In this document: positions 19,842-29,748 of the stretch, in pieces
Layout: each line of letters begins with the position of its first letter
How positions within the stretch are numbered: position 1 is the stretch's first letter
Assembly: GCA_963827655.1 (NCBI GenBank)
Contig: CAWHCF010000023.1
Coordinates: 448,001-512,000, forward strand
Source: an uncultured Acidobacteriota bacterium
GTDB lineage: Bacteria; Acidobacteriota; UBA6911
Direction: 5' to 3'
DNA: 64,000 bases
Made by a program: the position numbers and the translations under genes
Notes under the pieces: generated by a model
Seen by the model: the letters and a program-made list of their open reading frames with translations, nothing else
Database searches by the model: none
Told to the model about the DNA's origin: nothing

Positions 19842-21278
19842 CTACATGTTGTATCCCTCTTCGCCGTGCTGAGCGAGATCCAGACCCTGAATCTCTTGAG
19901 CTTCAGAGACACGCAGGCCGACGGTCATGTCAACTACTTTCAGGATCACCAGGCTCCCCAGCAGGGCAACCACCCACGCCACGGCCACACCCACGAATTG
20001 GTTCACAATCTGAAAAGCATTTCCATCCAGCATACCTACCGGCAGCGGGCTTCCCGAGCTGTCTTTGAATATCGGGTTTATCGCGCTGGAGGCGAAGACT
20101 CCCGTCAGCAGCGCGCCCACGGTTCCTCCGGCCCCGTGTATGCCGAAGGCATCCAGGGAGTCATCGTATCCATATCTGCCTTTCACCTTGGACACCATGA
20201 AGTAGCACAGGACTCCAGCCGCCAGGCCGATAATCAGCGCCGGCATCGGCCCGACAAATCCCGATGCAGGCGTGATGGCGACCAGGCCGGCCACGCAGCC
20301 GGAGATCGCGCCCAGGGCGCTCGGCCTGCCGTTTCGAATCCACTCGGCCCCGGCCCACCCCAGCGTTGCCGCCGCCGCGGCGAAATGAGTTACCACGAAG
20401 GCGCTGGTGGCGAGGCTGCCGGCGGCCAGGGCGCTGCCGGCATTGAAACCGAACCATCCCACCCAGAGCAAGCAGGCTCCCGTGAAACTCAAGACTACGC
20501 TGTGGGGTGGCATCGGATCCTTCGGATAGCCGAGTCGTTTCCCAAGATAAAGAGCGCATACCAGCGCGGAAACTCCGGAGCTGATATGAACCACGGTTCC
20601 TCCGGCGAAGTCGAGCGTCGGAAACAGGCCGCCGAGCGCCGCATTCAGAAGCCCCCCCTTGCCCCAGACCATGTGTGCCAGTGGATTGTAGACCAGAATG
20701 GACCACAGGATCATGAAGAGAACCATGGCGCTGAACTTCATGCGCTCGGCGAACGCGCCGGTGATCAAAGCCGGAGTGATGATGGCAAACATCAACTGGA
20801 ACACCATGAAGGTTTGCTGCGGCAGCGTGGCGGCATAATCGGGATCGGGCGCGCCGCCCACTCCCTGAAGGAACAGGTATCCCAGTCCGCCTATGAAACG
20901 GGTACCGCTATGGAAGGCAAGGCTATAGCCGAACAAAGCCCAGAGCACCGTTATGAGCGCCATGAGCGCGAAGCTTTGCATCATGGTTGCCAGAACATTT
21001 TTCTTTCGGACCAGCCCTCCATAAAAGAGCGCGAGACCCGGGCCCGTCATCAGCAGAACCAGTGCCGAACAGGTTAACACCCATGCGTTGTCGCCTGCGC
21101 TCCTGGCGTCTGCCACCTGCTGCTCGAGTTGAGCAATCTTCTCCTGGAGAGTAGAGTCGGGCACCCCGGATTGAGCTGCAGTTTGAGGCCCGTCCGCGCC
21201 CTGGCTGAAAACCGGCGTCACGGACGCACCTGCCAGCGCAATCAAACCTAGAATTCGGCACAGCGTCAAGTTTCGCAT
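19842..21278 (-). CDS. amtB: Ammonium transporter (Amt)
   Basis: GLALFYGGLV, FQLMFA, DFAGGTVVH, WFGFNAGS, DDSLDAFGIHG, HGEEGY. Confidence 0.96.
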   Translation of the reverse strand: MRNLTLCRILGLIALAGASVTPVFSQGADGPQTAAQSGVPDSTLQEKIAQLEQQVADARSAGDNAWVLTCSALVLLMTGPGLALFYGGLVRKKNVLATMMQSFALMALITVLWALFGYSLAFHSGTRFIGGLGYLFLQGVGGAPDPDYAATLPQQTFMVFQLMFAIITPALITGAFAERMKFSAMVLFMILWSILVYNPLAHMVWGKGGLLNAALGGLFPTLDFAGGTVVHISSGVSALVCALYLGKRLGYPKDPMPPHSVVLSFTGACLLWVGWFGFNAGSALAAGSLATSAFVVTHFAAAAATLGWAGAEWIRNGRPSALGAISGCVAGLVAITPASGFVGPMPALIIGLAAGVLCYFMVSKVKGRYGYDDSLDAFGIHGAGGTVGALLTGVFASSAINPIFKDSSGSPLPVGMLDGNAFQIVNQFVGVAVAWVVALLGSLVILKVVDMTVGLRVSEAQEIQGLDLAQHGEEGYNM

Positions 21279-21352
21279 ACAATTCTCACTCCGTCGCGAG
21301 ATGCTAAAGTAATTCCTCGCGCCCTTGCGTATTGCGGGTGGGTTGTGTCTTG

Positions 21353-22657
21353 CTACGTCGGTATTTCCAGTCTGATGTCTTCCACCACGATGCGGTCCCG
21401 GCCGGCGCGCTTGCCCATGTAGAGTCTTTCGTCCGCCAGTCGAACGAGCGCTGACGCAGAAGACGCCTCTTCGGGGAAAAAGGCGGCGCCGATCGTCACC
21501 GTGACACACGTGCCGGGAAAGCGCGGATCGACTTGCTCCCAGCGTTCGCTGAGATTGCGCCGGATGCGCTCCGCCGTGAGCTGGGCGAATCGAATGTCCG
21601 AGTCGGGGAGTATCAGGGCTAATTCTTCTCCGCCATACCGGCAGGCCATGTCAGACGTTCGCAGGCTGCCGAGCAGGCTGGCTCCCAGGAAAGCAAGGAC
21701 GCGATCGCCCTCGGGATGGCCGTAAGTGTCGTTGTACTCCTTGAAGTGATCGACGTCGAGCAGCATGAGAGCCAGCGGTCGGCCGCGTTCGTAAGAGTGC
21801 TTCAACTCTCGACCCAGGACGTCTTCAAAGAAAGCGCGGTTGTAGAGCCCGGTCAACGGATCGCGAACCACTCTCTGGCGCAGAGCTTCATACTTCTGCC
21901 GATAGGTCAGGATCTCGAAAATGTCCTGGATTTGCGCATGACGCCTGGGCTGAAGGTATTCGGGCTTCTCGAAGTAGCGCAGGTACAACGTAAGCACGGC
22001 GGCGTAGAAGACAGACATCAGAGTTTTTCCGACCAATCCCGAGAGAAACAGCGAGAGAAATTCAGGCTGGCCCCAGAAACTCCCGGTGGCGAAAATCAAG
22101 GTGTCAAGCACGAGTGCCAGACCCATTGAGACATAGATCCTGAGGAAGAGGAATCGGGAGATCAGCCGGCTGACCCACTCGTAGAGAATGATGACCACAA
22201 TGCCGTCGACCAGCAGCGCTGCAGTCCCCGCCAGGAGGACCCGCGGATTGTGAACCAGGAGCTCGCGCGGAAAGTTGTAAAGAATGTGCAGCCCCGGCAT
22301 GTTCATTTGCCGCGCGAAGAAGTAGGACAGCGCCTCGAGCGAAAGGTTGGCGATGGCGAGCCCGTAAATCAGCTTTCGCGCCTCCGACGCATCCTCGCGA
22401 ATGTAGATCAGTAGAAAAGCGAATAGACTTGAAGTAAACAATACGACGGAACCAGGACTGACCAGTATGCCGGGGGTCAGTTCCACGTAGAAGGAAAGGG
22501 CCAGGGTCATTTGCATCTGCTGAAACGCGCCCAGCGTGATAAAAAGCAACGAAAGCCCGAAACGCGTCCTCAAGCGGAACAGCGCAAGCAGAAGAAGCGA
22601 GACCAGGGTTGCTTCAAGCCCAAGCGTGGCAAACTGGTCGTAATTGATGAACGGCAT
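21353..22657 (-). CDS. Diguanylate cyclase with N-terminal multi-TM (Vut_1/YhhQ-like) domain
   Basis: DPLTGLYNR, DVDHFKEYNDTYGH, RxxD (RTSD) I-site, RYGGEEL; about 7-8 TM helices N-terminally. Confidence 0.9.
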   Translation of the reverse strand: MPFINYDQFATLGLEATLVSLLLLALFRLRTRFGLSLLFITLGAFQQMQMTLALSFYVELTPGILVSPGSVVLFTSSLFAFLLIYIREDASEARKLIYGLAIANLSLEALSYFFARQMNMPGLHILYNFPRELLVHNPRVLLAGTAALLVDGIVVIILYEWVSRLISRFLFLRIYVSMGLALVLDTLIFATGSFWGQPEFLSLFLSGLVGKTLMSVFYAAVLTLYLRYFEKPEYLQPRRHAQIQDIFEILTYRQKYEALRQRVVRDPLTGLYNRAFFEDVLGRELKHSYERGRPLALMLLDVDHFKEYNDTYGHPEGDRVLAFLGASLLGSLRTSDMACRYGGEELALILPDSDIRFAQLTAERIRRNLSERWEQVDPRFPGTCVTVTIGAAFFPEEASSASALVRLADERLYMGKRAGRDRIVVEDIRLEIPT

Positions 22658-22689
22658 GCGCCGAGGATACCACAAAAGATTCCTAGTAG

Positions 22690-22762
22690 TTGTTCGTGTC
22701 TTTGTGGTTAGGGCTGCGAAACAAATACCACCAGGACACGAAGACACAAAGAAACACCAGGA
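22690..22762. repeat. Period-9 inverted repeat element, complete two-arm copy
   Basis: ttcgtgtctttgtggttagggctgcgaaacaaataccaccaggacacgaagacacaaagaaacaccagg. Confidence 0.85.
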
Positions 22763-22883
22763 CCCCTCCATTATTCTTGGTCTGTAACGGTTCCTGGCCA
22801 GTAACGTATTAAACTGGGTGACGCTGTCTTCCTCGCGTCTCGCCTGTTATTCTGGTCGAGCGCATGTTACCCGGAAACGATCG

Positions 22884-25800
22884 ATGTCGCAGACAAGTCT
22901 CCTCCTGACGATTATTCTTCTCGCACCCACTTCGTGGTCCCAGGGGCTAGGAACCATCCAAGGGAAGGTGGTCGACGCCAGAAATTCCCCCATACCCGCT
23001 GCCACGGTCCGGCTCTCGTCCAGCCCGCCAGGCCCTCCGCTCGAGACGCTGGCTGAGATCGACGGCACCTTTTCCTTTCCGAATCTTCCTTCCGGCACTT
23101 ACCAGCTCGTGGTGGAGATGCGCGGCTTCGAGAAGTTTGTCCGTGAGGGTGTCGAGCCTGTAGCCGAAACGACGAGCCCTTTGACAGTCACCATGCGTCG
23201 TCTCCAGCCTGCGCAGGCACCCCAGGGACCGCCCAGTCAGGGAAATCGGGCGGTCGCCGTGGAACGTACGCGTCCAGCGGAACCTCCTGCGGCCTTCGCG
23301 GAAATCGGATTGGCCGGGCTGGGAATCGGGAACGGCGCGCCCATTGTCCCTGGAGATGAGTCCGTCGTCTCGATGAGAGAGGACAACTCGGATCTTCTGG
23401 TAATCTCCGGATCTTCGACAGCCAGCCTGGCTTCCGGAGACTGGAATGACCCCGCATTCCGAGAGCGAATGATGGAGATGAGGGAGCGGATGGGCCTGGG
23501 GGGTGCGGAAGGGCCGATGTTCGGCGGCCGCGAAGGTGGCGGCGGTCGATTCGGAGAGGCCGGCGGATTCGGCGGAGGACGTCCCGGATTCCCGGGCGGG
23601 CGCGGCATGGGACGGAGACAGCCGAGATTGAACGGAAGCATCTACTCCAGCTACCGAAATTCGGTCTTCAACGCGAGGCCCTACTCGATCACGGGGAATG
23701 AAGTGACCAAACCTCTCCAGATTCAGAACAATTTCGGCGTGTCCGTAGGAGGGGCCCTTCCCTGGGGAGGACGCGCACCCGCGCGCAACCGGGGCCCGCA
23801 GCAACCCGGGATGTGGTTCTTCAGCTATGAGGGGAGCCGCAATCGCGTCCCTTTCGACGTGCTGACCACCGTCCCAACCGAACTGGAACGCGCGGGAGAC
23901 TTTTCCCGGACCAGCCTGCGCGCAGGTGTGCTGGCGGGGAGGAGTGTCACCCTCTTCGATCCGGCGTCCGGTGCATCCACGGTTTTTCCGGAAAACCGAA
24001 TTCCCGAATCGCGCATGAATCCAGCCGCCGTCTCATTGCTGGAATTTGTTCCCTTGCCCAACCTCCCGGGTTCCGTCCAGAATTTTACGATGCAACGCGG
24101 GTTGGTCAACACGTCCGATAGTTTCTCGGCCCGGCTCAATACGCGTCTCTCGACCAGGGACAATATCTTCGTCAATTATTCGACGCGTTCGGGTGATGGA
24201 ATTACCAGTCAGATCTTTCCCGGGCTCGACAGCAGTCGCGAAACGCGGTCGCAGAATGTCGTCATCGGCGGCATGCACCGCTTTCAGCCCAGGCTGATCG
24301 CGAACTACCGGATCCTTTTCAACCGGGTCCGCACTCTCAGCGTCAATTCTTTCGCCTTCAAGGAGGACGTTGCCGGCCAGCTCGGCATCCAGGGCGTTTC
24401 CCGTGAGCCGATCAATTACGGCGTTCCCACGGTCAACTTCACAAACTACGGCGACCTCCAGCTCGGCAATCCCTCGCTGACCCGCAACCAGACCCTCACG
24501 CTCGGCGGCGGTTTAAACCGAATCGGCAGCATCCACACAGTCCAGGCCGGAGGCGAGCTGAGCTGGAACCAGCGGAACAGCCAGGTTGATCCGAATGCCC
24601 GCGGCACCTTTGACTTCACGGGATTCGCCACCAGTTCCTTCGATCCGGAGGGACGCCCGGTGGCAGGAACGGGTTACGACGTGGCTGATTTTCTGCTAGG
24701 GTTTCCCTACTCGACTTCAAGGCGTTTCGGCAGCAGCATCAACTACCTTCGCAACCAGAACTTCAGTCTCTTCATGCAAGACAACTGGAGACTGCGTCCC
24801 AACGTCACCATTAACTTCGGCCTGCGGTATGAGTACATCCAGCCGTTCTACGAGAAGTACGACAAAATCGTGACTCTCGATGTTGCGCCGGGGTTCGCGG
24901 CGGTAGCGCAGGTCTTTCCCGATCAAGCCGGCCCTTACACCGGCGACTTCCCCAGGTCGCTGCTGTTCGCGGATAAAAACAACCTGGGCCCCCGGATTGG
25001 CGTTGCCTGGAAACCCAAGGCAAGTTCCAGATGGGTTCTTCGCGCCGGCTATGGCCTCTCGTACAATCCTTCGGTCTACCCCTACATCTACAGCCAGCTG
25101 GTCGGACAACCTCCATTCGCCATCGGCCAGAACATTCTGACCACTTTGACCGCTCCGCTGACTTTGCAGAACGGCTTTCCCGTGGATCCGAATGTGACCA
25201 TTCTCAATTCGTACGCCATAGATCCGTACTACCGGATTGGATATGTCCAGCAGTGGAACTTCAGCATCCAAACCCAGTTCCTGAAGCTCTACACCCTCGA
25301 CCTTGGCTATAACGCGGCCAAGGGAACGCGGCTTGATATTCTGCGCGCGCCCAATCGGGCGCCTGCCGGCGGATCGCCGATCAGCACCGAAGACAATCGC
25401 GTTATCGGCAACGCGGGCAATTTCGTTTACCAGAGTTCGGGCGCAAACTCGATCCTGCATGGCTTCCAGGCGCGTCTGAATCGGCGGTTTTCGCAGGGGT
25501 TTCGAATGGAGAACTCCTATACGCTGGCGAAGAGCATCGACAATGCCTCGGGTATCGGCGGGAGTACCTTGCTGGTGGTGCAGGATGAACGAAACATCCG
25601 CGCTGAACGCTCTCTCAGCAGCTTCGATCAGCGGCACCGGTTTCAATCGGATTTCAGTGCCGAGCTTCCCTTCGGCCAGCAAAGGCGGTTCCTTGCGGCA
25701 GCGAGTCCGCTGGTGCTCGCCGTGACATCGGGTTGGACCTTGAGCGGCAGCTACCAGCTCAGTACCGGCACCCCGTTGATGCCGCGGATTCTCGGGAATG

Positions 25801-26186
25801 TCAGCAATAACAGTGGAACGGGATCGAATGCTTCCGAGCGTCCGGATGCTACCGGGATGGCTGTCAGTCTGCCGCGCGGCGAGCGCACGACGGCGCGCTA
25901 CTTCAATACGTTGGCGTTTGCCATACCGGCCCCCGGAACCTTCGGAAACGCAGCCCGCTACAGCATCGCGGGCCCGGGGACTAACCTGTTAAGCCTCGCG
26001 GTGCGCAAGAATTTTCGCCTGGGTGACAACGGCCGGCGGCTGGAATTCCGGTGGCAGGTCTCGAATGTATTGAATCATCCCAGTTTCAGCGGCGTCGGAA
26101 CGGTGATCAATGCGCTCAGTTTCGGCCGCGTAACCGGAGCCCGTTCCATGCGCCAGATGGACTTCAATCTCCGTCTGAATTTTTGA
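22884..26186 (+). CDS. Oar/Cna-type TonB-dependent receptor (acidobacterial)
   Basis: Signal peptide, carboxypeptidase-regulatory domain, QDNWRLRPNVTINFGLRYE, NLGPRIGVAW, C-terminal RQMDFNLRLNF. Confidence 0.88.
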   Translation: MSQTSLLLTIILLAPTSWSQGLGTIQGKVVDARNSPIPAATVRLSSSPPGPPLETLAEIDGTFSFPNLPSGTYQLVVEMRGFEKFVREGVEPVAETTSPLTVTMRRLQPAQAPQGPPSQGNRAVAVERTRPAEPPAAFAEIGLAGLGIGNGAPIVPGDESVVSMREDNSDLLVISGSSTASLASGDWNDPAFRERMMEMRERMGLGGAEGPMFGGREGGGGRFGEAGGFGGGRPGFPGGRGMGRRQPRLNGSIYSSYRNSVFNARPYSITGNEVTKPLQIQNNFGVSVGGALPWGGRAPARNRGPQQPGMWFFSYEGSRNRVPFDVLTTVPTELERAGDFSRTSLRAGVLAGRSVTLFDPASGASTVFPENRIPESRMNPAAVSLLEFVPLPNLPGSVQNFTMQRGLVNTSDSFSARLNTRLSTRDNIFVNYSTRSGDGITSQIFPGLDSSRETRSQNVVIGGMHRFQPRLIANYRILFNRVRTLSVNSFAFKEDVAGQLGIQGVSREPINYGVPTVNFTNYGDLQLGNPSLTRNQTLTLGGGLNRIGSIHTVQAGGELSWNQRNSQVDPNARGTFDFTGFATSSFDPEGRPVAGTGYDVADFLLGFPYSTSRRFGSSINYLRNQNFSLFMQDNWRLRPNVTINFGLRYEYIQPFYEKYDKIVTLDVAPGFAAVAQVFPDQAGPYTGDFPRSLLFADKNNLGPRIGVAWKPKASSRWVLRAGYGLSYNPSVYPYIYSQLVGQPPFAIGQNILTTLTAPLTLQNGFPVDPNVTILNSYAIDPYYRIGYVQQWNFSIQTQFLKLYTLDLGYNAAKGTRLDILRAPNRAPAGGSPISTEDNRVIGNAGNFVYQSSGANSILHGFQARLNRRFSQGFRMENSYTLAKSIDNASGIGGSTLLVVQDERNIRAERSLSSFDQRHRFQSDFSAELPFGQQRRFLAAASPLVLAVTSGWTLSGSYQLSTGTPLMPRILGNVSNNSGTGSNASERPDATGMAVSLPRGERTTARYFNTLAFAIPAPGTFGNAARYSIAGPGTNLLSLAVRKNFRLGDNGRRLEFRWQVSNVLNHPSFSGVGTVINALSFGRVTGARSMRQMDFNLRLNF

Positions 26187-26193
26187 AACTGAT

Positions 26194-28320
26194 ATGGTCT
26201 TTGCGATTCCAAGCAGCTTGGCGTCTTTGCGGTCAAGGCGGGTGCGCGCAGCCGGAGTGGCGCTGCTCCTGACCTGTTCGCTCTGGGCGCAAACAGCGCC
26301 GCAGAGAACGCAACGCCCCACCTTCAGAATTCAATCGAACCTGGTCGTGGTTGACGTCACGGTTCGGGACAAGAAAGGAGACCTGGTCAGAGATCTCCGG
26401 AAGGAAGATTTCGCAGTTTATGAAGATAATGCCCTCCAGGAGATTGTGAATTTTTCCCTGGAGGACATCCCGGTGGCGCCTGAGAATCCGGCCCCCGGGA
26501 CCGCGCCCGCGGCTCCCGCGCTCAATTTCAGCGCCGTGCCCGAGCCTGAGCGAAAAAAGCACGAGCTGAAGGACAAGCGCCTGGTAATCCTTTTCTTCGA
26601 TCTATCGTCACTGACGACCGAGGATCTGAGCCGTTCGGTAACGACGGCGGAAGAATTCGTCACGAAGAAGGGCACCCCTCACGATCTGGTGGCTGTCGCT
26701 ACCTTCGGCAGCGTTTTGCAGCTGATTCAAGATTTCACCAACGATCGCGAAGTTCTGGTTCAAACCCTGCGGCAACTCAATCCGACCGAGGCCGGAGATG
26801 CTGCCGCGGAAGAACTCGGCGATGCAGAATCATCCGACGAGATCTTCGTGCCGGATGAGGTGCAGTTCAACATCTTCAACACCGACCGCCGCCTTTCCGC
26901 TCTGGACAACCTGGCCAAGACGTACCGGGAATATCCCGAGCGGAAATCGCTGATCTATTTCTCGAGCGGCTTCAGCACGACCGGGATCGAAAACCAATCA
27001 CAGATCCGATCGACGGTTGATACGGCCAACCAGTCGAACATTTCGATCTACACCGTCGACAGCCGCGGGCTTGTAGCCCTGCCTCCCGGCGGCGACGCTT
27101 CCCGCAAGGCCCCCTCGGGCAGAGCGATGTTCTCCGGCTCGGCCCGCGAGCGCCAGGTGGCAAGCCTTTCCAATTCCCAGGAGACACTCACCACGCTGGC
27201 TCATGACACAGGAGGGACGGCGTTTCAGGACACGAATGATCTCGCTCCCGTTTTTGACAAGGTACTGAACGACACCCAGGCTTATTACATGCTTGGCTAT
27301 TTCTCTTCAAATGCCAAAGAGGACGGGAAGTTCCGCAAGATTCGCGTGGAGGTCAACCGTCCGGGTCTGAAGCTCCAGCATCGACCCGGCTACTTCGCTT
27401 CGAAACAGTTCACCCGAATGACCCAATCCGAGCGGGATCGGCAGCTGGAAGAGGCCCTTGGCCTGGACCGGCCGTTCTCCGATCTGCCTTTCATCCTCCA
27501 GGCTGATTACTTCAAGGATGACGGAACCAACAGCCTGGTTCCAATCTCGATCCAGCTCGCCGGCGATGGAATCCAGTTTGACGAGAAAGGAAATCAACGA
27601 GAGGCGCAATTCGAGTTCCTGGCGCGCCTCGCCGAACCCAAGGGAAAGGTCGCCGGCCTTGCGCGCGATCTGGTTCGCGTCCGCTTGCCGGCGCGCAGCG
27701 CCGAAAAGATCCGCGCCGGCCAGATACTCTACACCACGGGCTTTCAGCTCCGCCCGGGCGATTACGATTTGAAGTTCCTGATTCGAGACAACCGAACCGG
27801 GAAACTCGGCAGTTTCGAGCAGCGCCTGGCCGTGCCGCCGCTCAATGGAAAGACCCTGCAGCTGAGTTCGATCGTTCTCGGCAGCCGGCTGGTCAAACCG
27901 GACGAGAATTCGGCGGGCGTGAGCCACCAACGGCCGGGCGCGGGCTTTCGGTTGCCCGGCGCGCCCCGCGACCCGCTCCTGATCGATGACAAGAAGATTG
28001 TTCCGAGCATCGGCCACGTCTTTCTGAACCGGCAGACACTCTACGTCTACTTCCAGGTCTACGGGGCGCAGGAAGACCGCCAGGCAAAGAAGCCGCATAT
28101 TGAAACCAATCTGTTGTTCATACAGGGCAAAACCAAGGTCCTCGAATCGCAGCCTCATGTGGTTGAAAGTTGGGCCAAGAACAGTAAAGATACGGCGGCA
28201 GTCGCGATGGCGGTTCCGCTCCGGGTTCTCAAGAAGGGAGCGTATACGGTTCAGATTCACGTTCGTGACTGCGTCTCCGACACCAATTTGTTTCAGCGCG
28301 TGCCGCTGGTGATCAATTGA
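26194..28320 (+). CDS. Acidobacterial VWFA-related domain protein (start may be GTG 26242)
   Basis: FRIQSNLVVVDVTVRDKKG, FFDLSS, RKSLIYFSSG, LAHDTGG, YYMLGY, RPGYFA. Confidence 0.9.
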   Translation: MVFAIPSSLASLRSRRVRAAGVALLLTCSLWAQTAPQRTQRPTFRIQSNLVVVDVTVRDKKGDLVRDLRKEDFAVYEDNALQEIVNFSLEDIPVAPENPAPGTAPAAPALNFSAVPEPERKKHELKDKRLVILFFDLSSLTTEDLSRSVTTAEEFVTKKGTPHDLVAVATFGSVLQLIQDFTNDREVLVQTLRQLNPTEAGDAAAEELGDAESSDEIFVPDEVQFNIFNTDRRLSALDNLAKTYREYPERKSLIYFSSGFSTTGIENQSQIRSTVDTANQSNISIYTVDSRGLVALPPGGDASRKAPSGRAMFSGSARERQVASLSNSQETLTTLAHDTGGTAFQDTNDLAPVFDKVLNDTQAYYMLGYFSSNAKEDGKFRKIRVEVNRPGLKLQHRPGYFASKQFTRMTQSERDRQLEEALGLDRPFSDLPFILQADYFKDDGTNSLVPISIQLAGDGIQFDEKGNQREAQFEFLARLAEPKGKVAGLARDLVRVRLPARSAEKIRAGQILYTTGFQLRPGDYDLKFLIRDNRTGKLGSFEQRLAVPPLNGKTLQLSSIVLGSRLVKPDENSAGVSHQRPGAGFRLPGAPRDPLLIDDKKIVPSIGHVFLNRQTLYVYFQVYGAQEDRQAKKPHIETNLLFIQGKTKVLESQPHVVESWAKNSKDTAAVAMAVPLRVLKKGAYTVQIHVRDCVSDTNLFQRVPLVIN

Positions 28321-28376
28321 CCCCGTCTCTGCGGTTAGACCGTTATGTCCGAGCTTATGAGAAATTTGTTCACATT

Positions 28377-28604
28377 AGAAGCCAGAAGTCAGAAGTCAGG
28401 AGCAAGAATGTGTTGGTAAAAGGCGTTCATGGAATCCTTGCAGTTGGTTGGCTGGCACACTGATCTAGGTTACGGCGGACCTCAAGAAGGAAGGATGAAT
28501 CTCCTGGAGGAAGTCAGCCGCCTGCTGAATGCATATGCAAAGGCGATCTGGCTTGGCTCTGACTCCGAGGTGAGGCAAGAAAACGTCCATGACTCCTGAC
28601 TTCT
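28377..28604. repeat. Period-7 AGAAGTC / GACTTCT inverted arms enclosing a gene remnant
   Basis: agaagccagaagtcagaagtcaggagcaagaat ... tgactcctgacttct. Confidence 0.65.
28429..28599 (+). pseudogene. Remnant of four-helix-bundle (23S rRNA IVS / Avd-like) protein, C-terminal part only
   Basis: Manual translation ...DLGYGGPQEGRMNLLEEVSRLLNAYAKAIWLGSDS resembles the DLGY..LEEVSRLL.AY C-terminus of this family. Confidence 0.6.
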
Positions 28605-28669
28605 ATCCCGCTGCTTTTGGCGGGATATCAAGGGCGCAGCCCTTGCCTTAGATGGTTGAGGTGATGACT

Positions 28670-29707
28670 ATGCGATCGATTCAGCTTGTCGCTCCGCGAC
28701 AGCTTGAAGAATGCGAGGTAGCGCAGCCGCCCGAGCCCGGGCCGGGAGAAGTCCTGGTCCAGGTTCGAGCCGTGGGGATCTGTGGCAGTGATCTGCATTA
28801 TTACCTGGACGGAAGGATCGGCCGCCACGCCGCCGTATATCCTCACGTGCTCGGCCACGAACCGGCGGGCGTGGTAGTGGCCGCCGGCCCTGGTGTCACA
28901 TACCCGAAGGTCGGCGAACGCGTGGCTCTCGAACCCGCGATAACGTGCCAGCGTTGCGAGTTTTGCCTCAGCGGCCATCCCAACAATTGCCTGCGGGTGG
29001 TCTTCATGAGCTCACCACCCAACCCGGGCTTTTTCCTCGAATACGCCTTGCTGCCGGCCCACAATGCCTTACCCATTCCTGACAGCTTGAGTTTCGCCCA
29101 GACCACTCTGGCCGAGCCGCTGGCCGTCATCCTCCACGTACTCGAGCTGGTTGAGATACGCGTCGGAGACACAGTCGCCGTCCTGGGAGCGGGGCCGATC
29201 GGCCTGCTGTGCGCCGCCGTGGCGCGTACAGCCGGGGCATCAACGGTTTTTGTCGCGGACAGAGTCCCCCACCGGCTGCGACTGGCGCAGGAGGTCGGAG
29301 CCGATATAGCAATCAACATGGCCTCGGAATCCCTGCGCGATGCCGTGCAGGACATGACGCGCGCTCGAGGCGTTGACATCGTCCTGGACGCCGCCGGCGC
29401 GGTTGAAACCATCAACGCGGGAATTGCAATAGCACGACCGGGAGGGCAAATTGCGCTCATCGGCATACCGGGCGAAGCCGAGCTGCCCATCGACCTTCAT
29501 ACCGCGATGGCCAAGGAATTGAACCTGCAAACCATCAAGCGGTCGAACCACAATGCTCAAGCTGCAATCGAGCTGCTCAAGACGGGCCGAATCCGGGATA
29601 GTTTTGTTACCCACCGGCTTCCGCTGGAGAAGACACCTGCGGCTTTCGAAAGCCTGGCCTCTTACGCAGACGGGGTTGGAAAAATCGTGATTGAAATCCC
29701 GGCTTAG
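28670..29707 (+). CDS. Zn-dependent alcohol/polyol dehydrogenase (sorbitol dehydrogenase-like)
   Basis: GICGSDLH, GHEPAG, CQRCEFC..PNNC, GAGPIG. Confidence 0.93.
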   Translation: MRSIQLVAPRQLEECEVAQPPEPGPGEVLVQVRAVGICGSDLHYYLDGRIGRHAAVYPHVLGHEPAGVVVAAGPGVTYPKVGERVALEPAITCQRCEFCLSGHPNNCLRVVFMSSPPNPGFFLEYALLPAHNALPIPDSLSFAQTTLAEPLAVILHVLELVEIRVGDTVAVLGAGPIGLLCAAVARTAGASTVFVADRVPHRLRLAQEVGADIAINMASESLRDAVQDMTRARGVDIVLDAAGAVETINAGIAIARPGGQIALIGIPGEAELPIDLHTAMAKELNLQTIKRSNHNAQAAIELLKTGRIRDSFVTHRLPLEKTPAAFESLASYADGVGKIVIEIPA

Positions 29708-29720
29708 GACGGCGGATAAA

Positions 29721-29748
29721 AACCAACCACGAAGACTCGAAGAAACGC
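29721..29748. repeat. Period-9 repeat, single arm
   Basis: aaccaaccacgaagactcgaagaaacgc. Confidence 0.65.

Noticed and set aside
21285-21345. Sigma54 promoter upstream of amt
   Set aside because: No correctly spaced GG-N10-GC element was found.
28429-28599. Diversity-generating retroelement suggested by the Avd-like remnant
   Set aside because: No reverse transcriptase or TR/VR pair is visible in the window.
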